This document shows, piece after piece, positions 1 to 9,160 of a stretch of DNA of 32,000 bases. Within the stretch, counting starts at the first letter, position 1. Each line of letters starts with the position of its first letter. Below the pieces are notes generated by a model that ran no database searches, was not told the origin of the DNA, and worked only from the letters and a program-made list of their open reading frames with translations. The stretch spans positions 17,508-49,507 of the forward strand of contig PBAU01000013.1 in the NCBI GenBank assembly GCA_002716355.1, given 5' to 3'. The translations under genes and the position numbers were made by a program. The stretch comes from a bacterium. GTDB lineage: Bacteria; UBP7; UBA6624.

Positions 1-485
1 GAAACCCAAGCCTGCCTGCTGGTGATAAAAATAGCACCTGATGGATAAAAAGTCATTGCTGGGTTGTGGAACCAATTTGGAATAGTTGTCAAAAAGGGAT
101 TGAGAGTGCCTCCCATTTTTTCATTTTGTTCTGATTTATTATTGATCAAGCAGCTTAAAGCACCAATTCTTTCATCTTTACTAATACCTTTAAGCAAAAC
201 TTCTAATACATTTTCTTCTAGCTCTAAATCAGGATTCAAAAATATTACAAAATCACCTTTTGATTTCGAAAAGCCTACATTACATCCCCCGGCATATCCA
301 GAATTTTTGCTTTGGGGGAAACATTTAAAGTTAAATTCGCTTTCCAATGGTTTCCAGCCACCTTCTCCTGAATTATCTATAACTATAATTTCATCAGGTT
401 GTCGGGTCTGCGATCTTAAACTCAATAATAAATTTTCTATACAGGGTTTTGATTTGTAAGCAACAATAACAACAGACAACTTCAT
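1..485 (-). CDS. Glycosyltransferase family 2, N-terminal part (3' end runs off the window start)
   Basis: Absent from the ORF track because there is no stop in the window. My translation of the minus strand from ATG 485-483 gives MKLSVVIVAYKSKPCIENLLLSLRSQTRQPDEIIVIDNSGEGG...SKNSGYAGGCNVGFSKSKGDFVIFLNPDLELEE, a typical GT2 N-terminal signature. Its ATG overlaps the TGA of the upstream gene (ATGA). Confidence 0.8.
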   Translation of the reverse strand, partial: MKLSVVIVAYKSKPCIENLLLSLRSQTRQPDEIIVIDNSGEGGWKPLESEFNFKCFPQSKNSGYAGGCNVGFSKSKGDFVIFLNPDLELEENVLEVLLKGISKDERIGALSCLINNKSEQNEKMGGTLNPFLTTIPNWFHNPAMTFYPSGAIFITSRQAWV

Positions 486-1417
486 CCTTTTCTCCTAAAT
501 GGATTTAACCTGAATCCACAAATCCATTTTGCCATATTTTCTTCTGAACAAATCCGTCTTTTTTGTATGATTTCTCTCCAAGAGTTCAATTTAGCATTAT
601 CACCTGGATTAAAAGTTGCTGCCAAAGGATCTTTTAAAAAACCCCAGAAAAAACTAATAGCGCAAAATAAAGACGCTGACATTCTCTCGTTGTCTGATAA
701 ATTTTTAAAAATAATTTTCAAATAATTACTTGCCCCTTTTTTTCTGACTTTCAGTATATGCCGAACACCTGTAGATCCTCTTTGATGAATCGCTGGAGCA
801 CCAGGAATAATCCAACTTTCCCAATTTAAATGTCTCAACCTAATATTCAAATCAACATCCTCAAGGTAAGTTCCAAAAGATTCATCAAAGAACTCGTTTG
901 CAACTGCTGCCTCTTTTAAAGCTGAGTATCTATAAACTGTGGCAGTGGCAGAGAGTCCGAAAACTTCCTCAGGTTCATCTATCCTCTTGCCAGACATTCC
1001 AGAAAATCTCTCAGTGCAAACCCAGTCATTCCATAACATATGGCCCGCAGTATCAACTTGTCCTTGTTTGTTTAAGATTAACCCTGAAACAGCTGCCGCC
1101 TTTTTGTTGTCGTCTAAAAATGACTCTGCATTCTTGATCCAGTCTAAAGGTATAAGGCAGTCCTGGTTCAAAATGCAAACATACTTTGATTTGTTCATTG
1201 ACAAACCAATGTTTACAGATTTAGCAAACCCAACATTCTTTTTGTTATGAACAACATTAACTTTAATCCCGTCAAACAAACTTGCGGAACTGTCTTCAGA
1301 GGCATCATCAATAACTATAACCTGTTCCAAAAAAGATGAATATTTATTTATGGTTTCAATAAATTTTTTACTGATAATATTTTTTGCATTAAAAACAGGA
1401 ATAATCAGAGTTGTCAT
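482..1417 (-). CDS. Glycosyltransferase family 2
   Basis: 311-aa ORF. N-terminus TLIIPVFNAKN...VIVIDDASEDSS...NVGFAKSVNIGL...ILNQDC is the GT2 (GT-A fold) pattern. ATGA overlaps on both sides. Confidence 0.85.
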   Translation of the reverse strand: MTTLIIPVFNAKNIISKKFIETINKYSSFLEQVIVIDDASEDSSASLFDGIKVNVVHNKKNVGFAKSVNIGLSMNKSKYVCILNQDCLIPLDWIKNAESFLDDNKKAAAVSGLILNKQGQVDTAGHMLWNDWVCTERFSGMSGKRIDEPEEVFGLSATATVYRYSALKEAAVANEFFDESFGTYLEDVDLNIRLRHLNWESWIIPGAPAIHQRGSTGVRHILKVRKKGASNYLKIIFKNLSDNERMSASLFCAISFFWGFLKDPLAATFNPGDNAKLNSWREIIQKRRICSEENMAKWICGFRLNPFRRKG

Positions 1418-2406
1418 AATGTTTTCAACTCCTTTAGAGTTTCGCCAATTGCCTTTTCAACTGTTTTTGGTTCCCATTCATCGGGAGCCTTAAATGAAGA
1501 GCGGTTTTTAAGGACTGCTCTAATCGCTCTCGGTAATGATTCTTTATCCTGGGGATCACCATAAGGCTTAACAACGGGTAACGCCTCTCTATGTGACGGA
1601 ATGTCAGACATCAAAACGGGTGCGCCACAGGCAGCTGCTTCCATTGGCACGAAACCAAAACCTTCTGCAAGGCTTGGGCACAAAACAGCAATTGCAGATC
1701 TATAAAAACAAATAATCTCTTCCGTTGTTTTATACCCTTCGAATTCAACCTTATCCCCTAGTAAACCTTTTGCAAGGGTCTGAAGTTTTGCTGGAACAAG
1801 TCCCACTACTTTCAATTTTGGAGAATTCTTAACAGAAAATATTGCATGAATTACAGATAGAAAATTTTTTCGTTTCGGCCATGCCCCAACCATTAAAAAA
1901 TAATCCTGTGTGTTTGTTTCACGTTTCTTAAAAGCATCACTTAACCCATGCTGCACTACAACAGTTTTCCCTAGAGAGGGAAAAACTTTATGTAAGGTTT
2001 TTTGAGTTTCATAACTTACACAAATTCTCAAATCAGCTATTTGCCATGATTGTGGAACTATTTTTTGCCAATACCAACGATTAAAACGTCCTAGTTCATA
2101 AGGATGAGTCAAAGGTATTAAATCATGAACTGCAATTGCTAAAGGCATATTTTTTACCTTTTGAGCGCTGAATCCGGGACTAAAGAGGATATCGGCTGAT
2201 GTCAAAGATGCATATGATGGCATTTGTATTTGTTCCCACCACGCTCTAGAAAGCGCTCCTGTAATGGGTTTATCTGATTTTCTTTTCAGCTCAATGACAT
2301 TGACATCTTTTCTTGCGGAAAAGCCTTTACGCATTAAATCTGTATAAACACCAACACCAGTATTCTTACCTCCAATGGCAGTTTGAATGTCAAATGCTAT
2401 TTTCAC
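1414..2406 (-). CDS. Glycosyltransferase family 4 (GT-B, Glycos_transf_1 type)
   Basis: C-terminal EGFGFVPMEAAACGAPVLMSDIPSHREAL is the GT4 E-x7-E region. I prefer the GTG at 2406-2404, which gives MKIAFDIQ..., a canonical GT4 N-terminus, and a GTGA overlap with the upstream stop. The ORF-track start at 2418 (also GTG) is the alternative. Confidence 0.8.
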   Translation of the reverse strand: MKIAFDIQTAIGGKNTGVGVYTDLMRKGFSARKDVNVIELKRKSDKPITGALSRAWWEQIQMPSYASLTSADILFSPGFSAQKVKNMPLAIAVHDLIPLTHPYELGRFNRWYWQKIVPQSWQIADLRICVSYETQKTLHKVFPSLGKTVVVQHGLSDAFKKRETNTQDYFLMVGAWPKRKNFLSVIHAIFSVKNSPKLKVVGLVPAKLQTLAKGLLGDKVEFEGYKTTEEIICFYRSAIAVLCPSLAEGFGFVPMEAAACGAPVLMSDIPSHREALPVVKPYGDPQDKESLPRAIRAVLKNRSSFKAPDEWEPKTVEKAIGETLKELKTL

Positions 2407-3176
2407 AAAACCCCCCACCTAAATAACAACTTACGCCATTTGAGCATTATTAAATCTTTTCCCTGGCTTAATATTTCAAAAAACCACCAGAAAACATTCA
2501 ACTTTAATGCTTTATAGTGTCTTGCTGTAAAAATTCTTTGCCCACGTAAAAAAATACCATTTAAACGATCTGGTGAAAAATCTCCTGTTGTAACTCCACG
2601 AATATGATCTACCTTAACAGAGTCTGTGTAAACAATTGACAAACCTTGTTCTTTAGCTCTAAAGCTAATATCTACATCTTCCCAATATGCAGGATGGAAA
2701 GCCTCAGAAAAACCATTAAGCTTACACCAATGCTCTTTTCTCGTTAGGAAACATGCACCATTAGCGTATCCTGGATGTTTTTGGTTGTAAGTAGGCCAAG
2801 GTCTAGCATTCCTAATATGCAAACCAATTAAAGATTCATTGATTGTCTTATTATTTTTTTGAGTGTTTATCATTGGAACAACTGCAAAAATATCAGGATT
2901 GGATTTAATAATCTCCAACATAGATTCAACACAACCTTCTTTTGGTTTGATATCATCGTTCATTATGAGTATAAATTCAGATTGACAATGCTTAACAGCA
3001 TTGTTGACAGATTTAGAGTAACTAGGTTCAGACTGAATAAAAGTCGTATGTTTGAAATTTGCACAATTTGACCCAGACAAAAAAATATTGCGGGAACCCT
3101 GTTTGTGAAGCCATTCAATAAGGCTTTCCAAATAACAGCTTCTACCCAAAGTGGGTATAACAACATCAAAAGACAT
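2403..3176 (-). CDS. Glycosyltransferase family 2
   Basis: 257 aa. FDVVIPTLGRSCYLESLIEWL...ILIMNDDIKP...WEDVDISFRA are GT2 motifs (DxD-like NDD, ED). Confidence 0.85.
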   Translation of the reverse strand: MSFDVVIPTLGRSCYLESLIEWLHKQGSRNIFLSGSNCANFKHTTFIQSEPSYSKSVNNAVKHCQSEFILIMNDDIKPKEGCVESMLEIIKSNPDIFAVVPMINTQKNNKTINESLIGLHIRNARPWPTYNQKHPGYANGACFLTRKEHWCKLNGFSEAFHPAYWEDVDISFRAKEQGLSIVYTDSVKVDHIRGVTTGDFSPDRLNGIFLRGQRIFTARHYKALKLNVFWWFFEILSQGKDLIMLKWRKLLFRWGVL

Positions 3177-3185
3177 ACTTAAAAG

Positions 3186-5309
3186 TTATGTAGAAGGGTT
3201 GGGGTCAAGTGGAACATCACCCATATCTATCGTTCTACCGGCTTCAACAATAACGGTTTCTGTTGTGCCCATGTAGCCACTGGCGGAAATATCAATCTCT
3301 TTAAAGCCAGGGATAATATTATCAATTCTGAATAAACCTATATTATCAGTAACATCTATCTGTCCAGTACTTCTTACAAGAACAACAGCGTTAGGGATTG
3401 GAAGATTCGTAACAGAATCTCTAACAATACCAGTTAATGCACCTGTTGTTGCATCTCCAATCTGGCTTATACCAATAAATCCAGAACCAAATGCATCTTC
3501 AATAATGGTAGTCTCTCCTGATGTTACACTGAATTCAACAGCTGCTGAATGGTAACCAGGTGCACTAACCGTAACAGATCTGATTCCAGGAGGTACAGTT
3601 GGGAAAGTTAACCTTCCTTCAGAATCTGTACTTCCAGTTACGTTTCCAGCAAACATACCTAAAACTACAGATGCATTTTCAATCGCAACACCTGTGCCTG
3701 AATCTCTAACAACAAGCTCAGCAGAACCGTTTCCTGGAACAGGACAATTCTCTCTAAAGAGTATGAGAAGTTCTGGATCTCCACCAACCCTCTTGTCCAA
3801 GACAAATATCCTGCAGAAGAAATCAAAAGAGACATCCATTGGCCCTTCGATACCAGCCGCAGGAGAGTGTGCTTGGTTGATTGTTCTCAAGAAGTTCAAG
3901 TTTGTGTCCAATACAGTAACCCTACCGTTTCCAAAATCAGATACATAAATCTCATTAGGGAAAACTTGTTTGTCTATACTGATTCCCCATGGCTGCAAGA
4001 AATGGACATTGTCTCCACCTGTATTTGATCCGAAACCACCTACACAATATTGTTGTTCAGGTGGTGCTGGAGGGGTATAAGGAGATGCACTATGGGCATC
4101 TAGAAGATCTGGTATAGGTTGAGTTATGCAAACACCTGGACCCAAACCAACATTCCCAACATAAACCATTCTGTTGTCAGAAGTAAAATCAAAATCAACC
4201 ATTCTGCCAACATTGAAATTAGTTGGAAGACTCCAAGCAGCTGGTGCGCTTCCTGGTCCCGTAAAAACATGCATGCGGCAATCTCCAGGATTTGTGCTGA
4301 AACCATCTCCGGCATTGCTTTCATAAGGGCATGTTTGAGAATCACCTGGAGTGTATCCAGCACCTTCACCCTCTAAACCCTCACCTCGAGTCCAGCCAAT
4401 AAGTAGGGCTTGTGGTGTATCGCCTCTAGTGTCAGGATTGTCATCAGTTGAATCTTCACATGTTATTTCCCCGAAATTTGGCCATACCGGCTGCCCTACA
4501 GTTCTTTGCCAAAGGTTTCCATAAGCATCCCATTCAACACCCAATTGACCAGGTCCTCCTGGAAGCCCATTAACCTGGAAAGGCGTTCCTTGTGCGTCAT
4601 AAAGAGTATCTCCAGCAAATTCAACCAATTCATTGCCCATTAGCCAAAAATCTCTGGGGCCTATTGGACCACTGTCACCCTCTTCAAGATCACAATTAAA
4701 TGAATAGTCATCAGCTGCATCGCCACCAGGTATAGCATTTCTTGAAGTTAGTCTGTAACCCCCTAAACCACCCCAAACGCTTGCAGCAAAATAACCAGCA
4801 CCATTTAGTATTCCATGAGGATCGCCAACGAGATCCAGGAAAGTGCCGTCATTTTCAGGTGGCCATATGAAATTACCACCTTGGAAGAAACAATCATCAT
4901 CAAAATTCAACGGTCTTGCAATTGGTCTTCCAATACTGTCAAAAACCAAAACACCCTCTGTTGTTGAAACCAAAATAACATCTCCTATCTCTGGGAAGTA
5001 AGCATTGGTCAAACCTGTTAGACCAGGGTAATCACCCAAACCACTGCTATCAGCAGATATAGAAGGATTGGTCAATGGGTTTCTGAAAGGTGTCAAGGAT
5101 CCATAAAAAGGATTGACACAGTCAGTTAGCTCACCATAAGCAACACCAGTTCCTGTAGAAGAATTACCACCATCGGAAGGTAATGTATCGCCAGGGAAAC
5201 CGCCGCCAGCAGGATCTGGAACTATACCTACAGGACTTGAGTTTTGACATGCAGAAAAGAAAAGTGAAAACATGACTAAAAATGTAACTGTAAATTTATT
5301 TTTAAACAT
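3186..5309 (-). CDS. Large lipoprotein: G/P/D-rich beta-propeller-like region with an NHL-type repeat, plus two C-terminal carboxypeptidase-regulatory-like beta-sandwich domains
   Basis: Signal peptide with lipobox LFFSAC. NHL-like EIYVSDFGNGRVTVLD. Two CarboxypepD_reg-like units (ELVVRDSGTGVAIENASVVL...GSTDSEGRLTF...VSAPGYHS and LTGIVRDSVTNLPIPNAVVLV...TDNIGLFRIDNIIPGF...SASGYMG). ATG at 5309 is preceded by GGAGGA. The track start at 5315 is a TTG overlapping the upstream TGA. Confidence 0.75.
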   Translation of the reverse strand: MFKNKFTVTFLVMFSLFFSACQNSSPVGIVPDPAGGGFPGDTLPSDGGNSSTGTGVAYGELTDCVNPFYGSLTPFRNPLTNPSISADSSGLGDYPGLTGLTNAYFPEIGDVILVSTTEGVLVFDSIGRPIARPLNFDDDCFFQGGNFIWPPENDGTFLDLVGDPHGILNGAGYFAASVWGGLGGYRLTSRNAIPGGDAADDYSFNCDLEEGDSGPIGPRDFWLMGNELVEFAGDTLYDAQGTPFQVNGLPGGPGQLGVEWDAYGNLWQRTVGQPVWPNFGEITCEDSTDDNPDTRGDTPQALLIGWTRGEGLEGEGAGYTPGDSQTCPYESNAGDGFSTNPGDCRMHVFTGPGSAPAAWSLPTNFNVGRMVDFDFTSDNRMVYVGNVGLGPGVCITQPIPDLLDAHSASPYTPPAPPEQQYCVGGFGSNTGGDNVHFLQPWGISIDKQVFPNEIYVSDFGNGRVTVLDTNLNFLRTINQAHSPAAGIEGPMDVSFDFFCRIFVLDKRVGGDPELLILFRENCPVPGNGSAELVVRDSGTGVAIENASVVLGMFAGNVTGSTDSEGRLTFPTVPPGIRSVTVSAPGYHSAAVEFSVTSGETTIIEDAFGSGFIGISQIGDATTGALTGIVRDSVTNLPIPNAVVLVRSTGQIDVTDNIGLFRIDNIIPGFKEIDISASGYMGTTETVIVEAGRTIDMGDVPLDPNPST

Positions 5310-5311
5310 AA

Positions 5312-6979
5312 TCAACTTCCTCCACCCTCAGCGGTAGCAAAACCATTCTCGGGATAAAGCCTGAAATTACCAGTATCCCAGGTTCCTGGAGACATCACAA
5401 CTATACGTGCATCCTGAGCCCTGTAGCCACTTGCTTCGACCTGCACTGTTAAGAAACCACCTATCGGAGCATAAAACTCAAATGCACAATAAGCATCCAA
5501 TCCACTTGTGTATGTGATTTCAGAACATATTTCTTCTTCATTGAAGTCCAATAATCCTTGCGCAACCACTCTTACGGTAACTTCTTCTGGCATATTGTCG
5601 CCGATTGGCGCATTGGGATTTTTGATTTCAGCTGTACCTGTAACTTTAACAAGCCCTGGCTCTACAAGCTCATTGCTGTTATCGATAAGGTCAGTTGCTG
5701 TTAACGCTCTTGCATGCATCGCTGAACCAAAATTACTCAAATCCTTATCTCTTATAACAATCATGAACTCATCATTTGCAGTCAAGCCATTGTTTGTCAA
5801 GTTAGCCGAAGTTAAAGCAGTAAAGGCATTAAGAGTCGAAGAACCAGCATCACCAACAAAATAACGGAGATTCTGACCCCTCACAGGAATGTTTCCAAGT
5901 GCACCACCATTTCCAGCAAGAAAATCAAAAGCAATCGCTGAGCTTTGGAACGCGTGTGTGCATTCTTCATTTGTGAAGCATTGAATGGTGAAGCCTAAAG
6001 CTTGCTGTCCACCCTGCTCATCAGATCCATTTAAAACACCGATAGATAGGATGTTTGATTCCGCGGACTTCAATGCATTGGCAAGTATCTGATCGTCAAT
6101 TCGTGAATTTGCCCAAAAAAGCTGGAAATCAACATCATTAATCAGATTAAGCATTTCATTTCTGAGCTGTCCGCTATGTGGTCCAAAATAAACGTCAATA
6201 CCGTACCTGTTATCAACAATGATATTCTCGCAATGAGAAGCTGTGCTTTCTTTCTGACCCTGAAATTGATTGTTTTCAAACATCTGATCAAAATCCTGGT
6301 TGAAACAATTCGCCAATAATGTGTTCTGAAGCCTCATTGAGAAATTAGACATTGAATAAAATGAATTTGATAAAAAGTTTCCTGAAGAAACTATAACCTC
6401 ATCACCATCAATGACCATGTATTTTGAGTTCATAAGTGTGTTTAAGTCATTACCGTCAGTAACAACAACCGCACCAGCAGTTTCTAAGTTTGAATAAACA
6501 GTTGAATTTGTATTGTAAAAATAATTATCAACAACTATGTTCACGCTAACACCTTTAGCAAGAGCAAAAAGGATTGCATCTTCAATATCTGGCCTGTTAG
6601 CAATATCTGGAACAGCGATATTAACCACTGAATCAGCAGCACTAATATACTCTGATGCATCAAAAATTGCATTTACATGAGATGGGAATTGCTGCTTAAT
6701 GCTGTTCAACAATAAAAAACCATCTGTGTTTGTGTCTACACATTCGGTATGAAACCCTATTGCTAAAGGATCTGAAACAAACGCCTCTAAGACTTGACCT
6801 GAATCCTGATAGTAAACAATTGGATTTCGATAATTTGGATCTGTCGCATCAGGATCCCAACTATCACTGCCATAACCAGAGTAAGGACCACAAGAAACAA
6901 CTTCAAGAGCATCCCCACTTGCGCAAGAAGTTACAACTGCCACAAACAGCAAAACTAAAAAATTCAACTTAACTTTCAT
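5312..6979 (-). CDS. Lipoprotein with a degenerate phospholipase-D-like (HKD superfamily) domain and a C-terminal carboxypeptidase-regulatory-like domain
   Basis: Signal peptide with lipobox VVTSC. DIEDAILFALAKGVSVNIVVD followed by NSKYMVIDGDEVIVSSGNF matches the PLD HxKxxxxD...GSxN motif except His->Asn. C-terminal FLTVQVEASGYRAQDARIVV is beta-sandwich-like. Confidence 0.65.
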   Translation of the reverse strand: MKVKLNFLVLLFVAVVTSCASGDALEVVSCGPYSGYGSDSWDPDATDPNYRNPIVYYQDSGQVLEAFVSDPLAIGFHTECVDTNTDGFLLLNSIKQQFPSHVNAIFDASEYISAADSVVNIAVPDIANRPDIEDAILFALAKGVSVNIVVDNYFYNTNSTVYSNLETAGAVVVTDGNDLNTLMNSKYMVIDGDEVIVSSGNFLSNSFYSMSNFSMRLQNTLLANCFNQDFDQMFENNQFQGQKESTASHCENIIVDNRYGIDVYFGPHSGQLRNEMLNLINDVDFQLFWANSRIDDQILANALKSAESNILSIGVLNGSDEQGGQQALGFTIQCFTNEECTHAFQSSAIAFDFLAGNGGALGNIPVRGQNLRYFVGDAGSSTLNAFTALTSANLTNNGLTANDEFMIVIRDKDLSNFGSAMHARALTATDLIDNSNELVEPGLVKVTGTAEIKNPNAPIGDNMPEEVTVRVVAQGLLDFNEEEICSEITYTSGLDAYCAFEFYAPIGGFLTVQVEASGYRAQDARIVVMSPGTWDTGNFRLYPENGFATAEGGGS

Positions 6980-7048
6980 AAATTATCAACCCCACGATTG
7001 TATTACAACAAAATGCCTTATCGTACATTTTGATCAACTTGGTTTAAG

Positions 7049-7885
7049 CTAATGCTTATACTGTAAGTATAAATCCCTTAAAGAATCCTTCCAATGCGGC
7101 ATTTCCCCAAAACCTAAATCACTCCATCTTTCCTCTAAAAGTATTGATCTTTTTGGCCTTTTTGCCGCTAGAACGAGATTTTCTGTAGAGATTCGATTTA
7201 GCTGTACATCAATGGATTTAAGCTTGAGGAGCTTGTAGGCAAAATCAAACCAGGATGCCGTCCCTCTTGAAGATATGTGTACAACACCCCTGAAATCACC
7301 TTGCATTAAATCAACCAACCTTTGGGCAAAATCAAAAACATATGTTGGTGAGCCAACTTGGTCATCAACTATATTGAGCTTCTTATTCCTTCTTGCAGCT
7401 TGAGTGATCTTTTCTGGAAAATGATTAGCTCCAATTCCATAAAGCCAAGACGTTCTTGCGATAATTGAATTTGGCACTCGTGCAACCTCAACCTCTCCAA
7501 GCATTTTTGATTTTCCATAAAAATTTATTGGATTAACTTTGTCTGAAAATCTATATTCACCAATGGAACCGTCAAAAACATAATCAGTTGAAGGATAAAC
7601 CAATTTAACATTATTACGAATACACCAACTCGACAAAGCTCCGATCGAAAAAGTATTTAATGCTAAACATAATCCTTTTTCTGATTCTGCCTTGTCTACA
7701 AGAGTGTAAGCGGATGCTACCAAGACATGAGTTGGACCAAAAGACTGCAGAGCATCAAAACAGGGATGCTTCTCCATAGGTAAATCATTCCTTGAAAAAT
7801 TTACTAAATCAATATTTTTATACTCAGAATAAGCTCTTGCTGCTTGAGCGAGTTGTCCATATTTACCTATTATTGCTAATCTCAT
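7049..7885 (-). CDS. rmlD: dTDP-4-dehydrorhamnose reductase
   Basis: 278 aa. N-terminal Rossmann IIGKYGQLAQA and the RmlD signature PSTDYVFDG. Typical length. Confidence 0.85.
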   Translation of the reverse strand: MRLAIIGKYGQLAQAARAYSEYKNIDLVNFSRNDLPMEKHPCFDALQSFGPTHVLVASAYTLVDKAESEKGLCLALNTFSIGALSSWCIRNNVKLVYPSTDYVFDGSIGEYRFSDKVNPINFYGKSKMLGEVEVARVPNSIIARTSWLYGIGANHFPEKITQAARRNKKLNIVDDQVGSPTYVFDFAQRLVDLMQGDFRGVVHISSRGTASWFDFAYKLLKLKSIDVQLNRISTENLVLAAKRPKRSILLEERWSDLGFGEMPHWKDSLRDLYLQYKH

Positions 7886-7923
7886 ATTAAAGTATTTTAT
7901 GTTATCCTCTATTCTGTAACAAT

Positions 7924-8187
7924 ATGAATGATTTGTTTGACATTCTTCAAAATTACTCTATTGGATTGCCTAGAGAGTGGGTGGAATTAATAATTATTGC
8001 CATTTTAGGCTTCATTTTTACTATCATTTATCGAACTTCAAAAATATTCATGAAGGTAACAATTTGGCTTACTGTTGTTGGAGTTATCTTTTTGTCCATT
8101 TACTCATTGCTACAAAAAAACAAGCTGATTGAACAGGATTCAATTTCGCTTGAGCAATCAATGCCCGAGCCAGCAAGTGACAGATGA
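7924..8187 (+). CDS. Small two-TM membrane protein, unknown function
   Basis: 87 aa with two hydrophobic helices (LIIIAILGFIFTIIY, VTIWLTVVGVIFLSIY). Its stop overlaps the lpxC ATG (ATGA at 8184-8187). Confidence 0.5.
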   Translation: MNDLFDILQNYSIGLPREWVELIIIAILGFIFTIIYRTSKIFMKVTIWLTVVGVIFLSIYSLLQKNKLIEQDSISLEQSMPEPASDR

Positions 8188-8972
8188 AAAGAAAAACAGT
8201 TCAAAATTCAATTACTGCAAGCGGCCTAGGTGTTTTTAGCGGCAAGGAAACACAATTAAAAATTTCACCTGGGGATGAAGGTCTGATATTGTCTTTCGGC
8301 GGAAAGTCTATAAGAATTGGTGAAAACTGGAAACACTTGGGCAGATGCTCTTCTGTAAGGGTCAATGACGCTGATATAAAATTGACAGAACATTTTTTAG
8401 CAGCTGCAAGAATATGGGGGCTTACAGATGCATTCATTGAGATAAGCTTTCCTGAATTTCCAATACTAGATGGATGTGGTTTAGAGTGGTTTCAAATGCT
8501 CGAAAGAGGCAAAGCAAGCTTTTTAGATAAAGAAATTGAAATATTCACCCCATCCAAAACGATAATTTACGCACAAGATGATATCTTCCTTTGTTGGAAA
8601 CCGTCAAAAGACTTAAAGGTAACAATTCTTTATCATCATTTAGATGATCGTATTCCTGTTTATTACGAAACATTTGATCTCAAGAATGAAAATGATAAAA
8701 AAACAATCTTGAAATCAAAAACATTTATTTTTGAAGAGGAGATTAAAGGCTTACTTGAACAAGAAATCATCAATCATGAATCCGAAAAAGCTATAAATTC
8801 TGTAGAAATAATCGGCCAGAAAGAACCTGGTTTATTCATCCCAGCACATAAATGTTTAGATTTAATAGGCGATATCTATCTTTCAGGTAAATTTTTTTCA
8901 GGAGAATTTTTAAGCGTAAGAGGGGGACATGCATCAAATCAAAAATTATTAGAAAAAGCTTTAAAAAAATAA
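8184..8972 (+). CDS. lpxC: UDP-3-O-acyl-N-acetylglucosamine deacetylase
   Basis: TEHFLAAARIWGLTDAFIEISFPEFPILDG, HKCLDLIGDIYL and GGHASNQKLL match the LpxC zinc and catalytic motifs. At 262 aa it is a short form. Confidence 0.9.
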   Translation: MKRKTVQNSITASGLGVFSGKETQLKISPGDEGLILSFGGKSIRIGENWKHLGRCSSVRVNDADIKLTEHFLAAARIWGLTDAFIEISFPEFPILDGCGLEWFQMLERGKASFLDKEIEIFTPSKTIIYAQDDIFLCWKPSKDLKVTILYHHLDDRIPVYYETFDLKNENDKKTILKSKTFIFEEEIKGLLEQEIINHESEKAINSVEIIGQKEPGLFIPAHKCLDLIGDIYLSGKFFSGEFLSVRGGHASNQKLLEKALKK

Positions 8973-8991
8973 TCTAGAATCAGAGTCTAGT

Positions 8992-9159
8992 ATGAACAGT
9001 CAATTAATTTTGCCAACAATATTACTCTTTGGTTTTGTTTTCATAATTGCAATGCTTATGAGAAGCCTTAGGCCCAGAAGATCAAGTGCTGGTTTAAAAA
9101 GAGCCAAGTTGAAAAATGAAATTGACAAGATATTAAAAAAAGATAAGGACGGTTTTTAA
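8992..9159 (+). CDS. Small single-TM protein (55 aa), hypothetical
   Basis: Not in the track because it is under 60 aa. My translation is MNSQLILPTILLFGFVFIIAMLMRSLRPRRSSAGLKRAKLKNEIDKILKKDKDGF. Its TAA is 1 nt before the purE ATG, which suggests coupling. No clear SD. Confidence 0.35.
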   Translation: MNSQLILPTILLFGFVFIIAMLMRSLRPRRSSAGLKRAKLKNEIDKILKKDKDGF

Positions 9160-9160
9160 A

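Noticed and set aside
64-459. 131-aa plus-strand ORF at the window start
   Set aside because: It is the antisense shadow of a clear GT2 glycosyltransferase on the minus strand (my translation from ATG 485). The plus-strand product is low-complexity with no motif.
8974-8990. CTAGA...TCTAG hairpin after lpxC as a terminator
   Set aside because: The stem is only 5 bp and AT-rich, there is no T-run, and the next ORFs are tightly packed in the same orientation.
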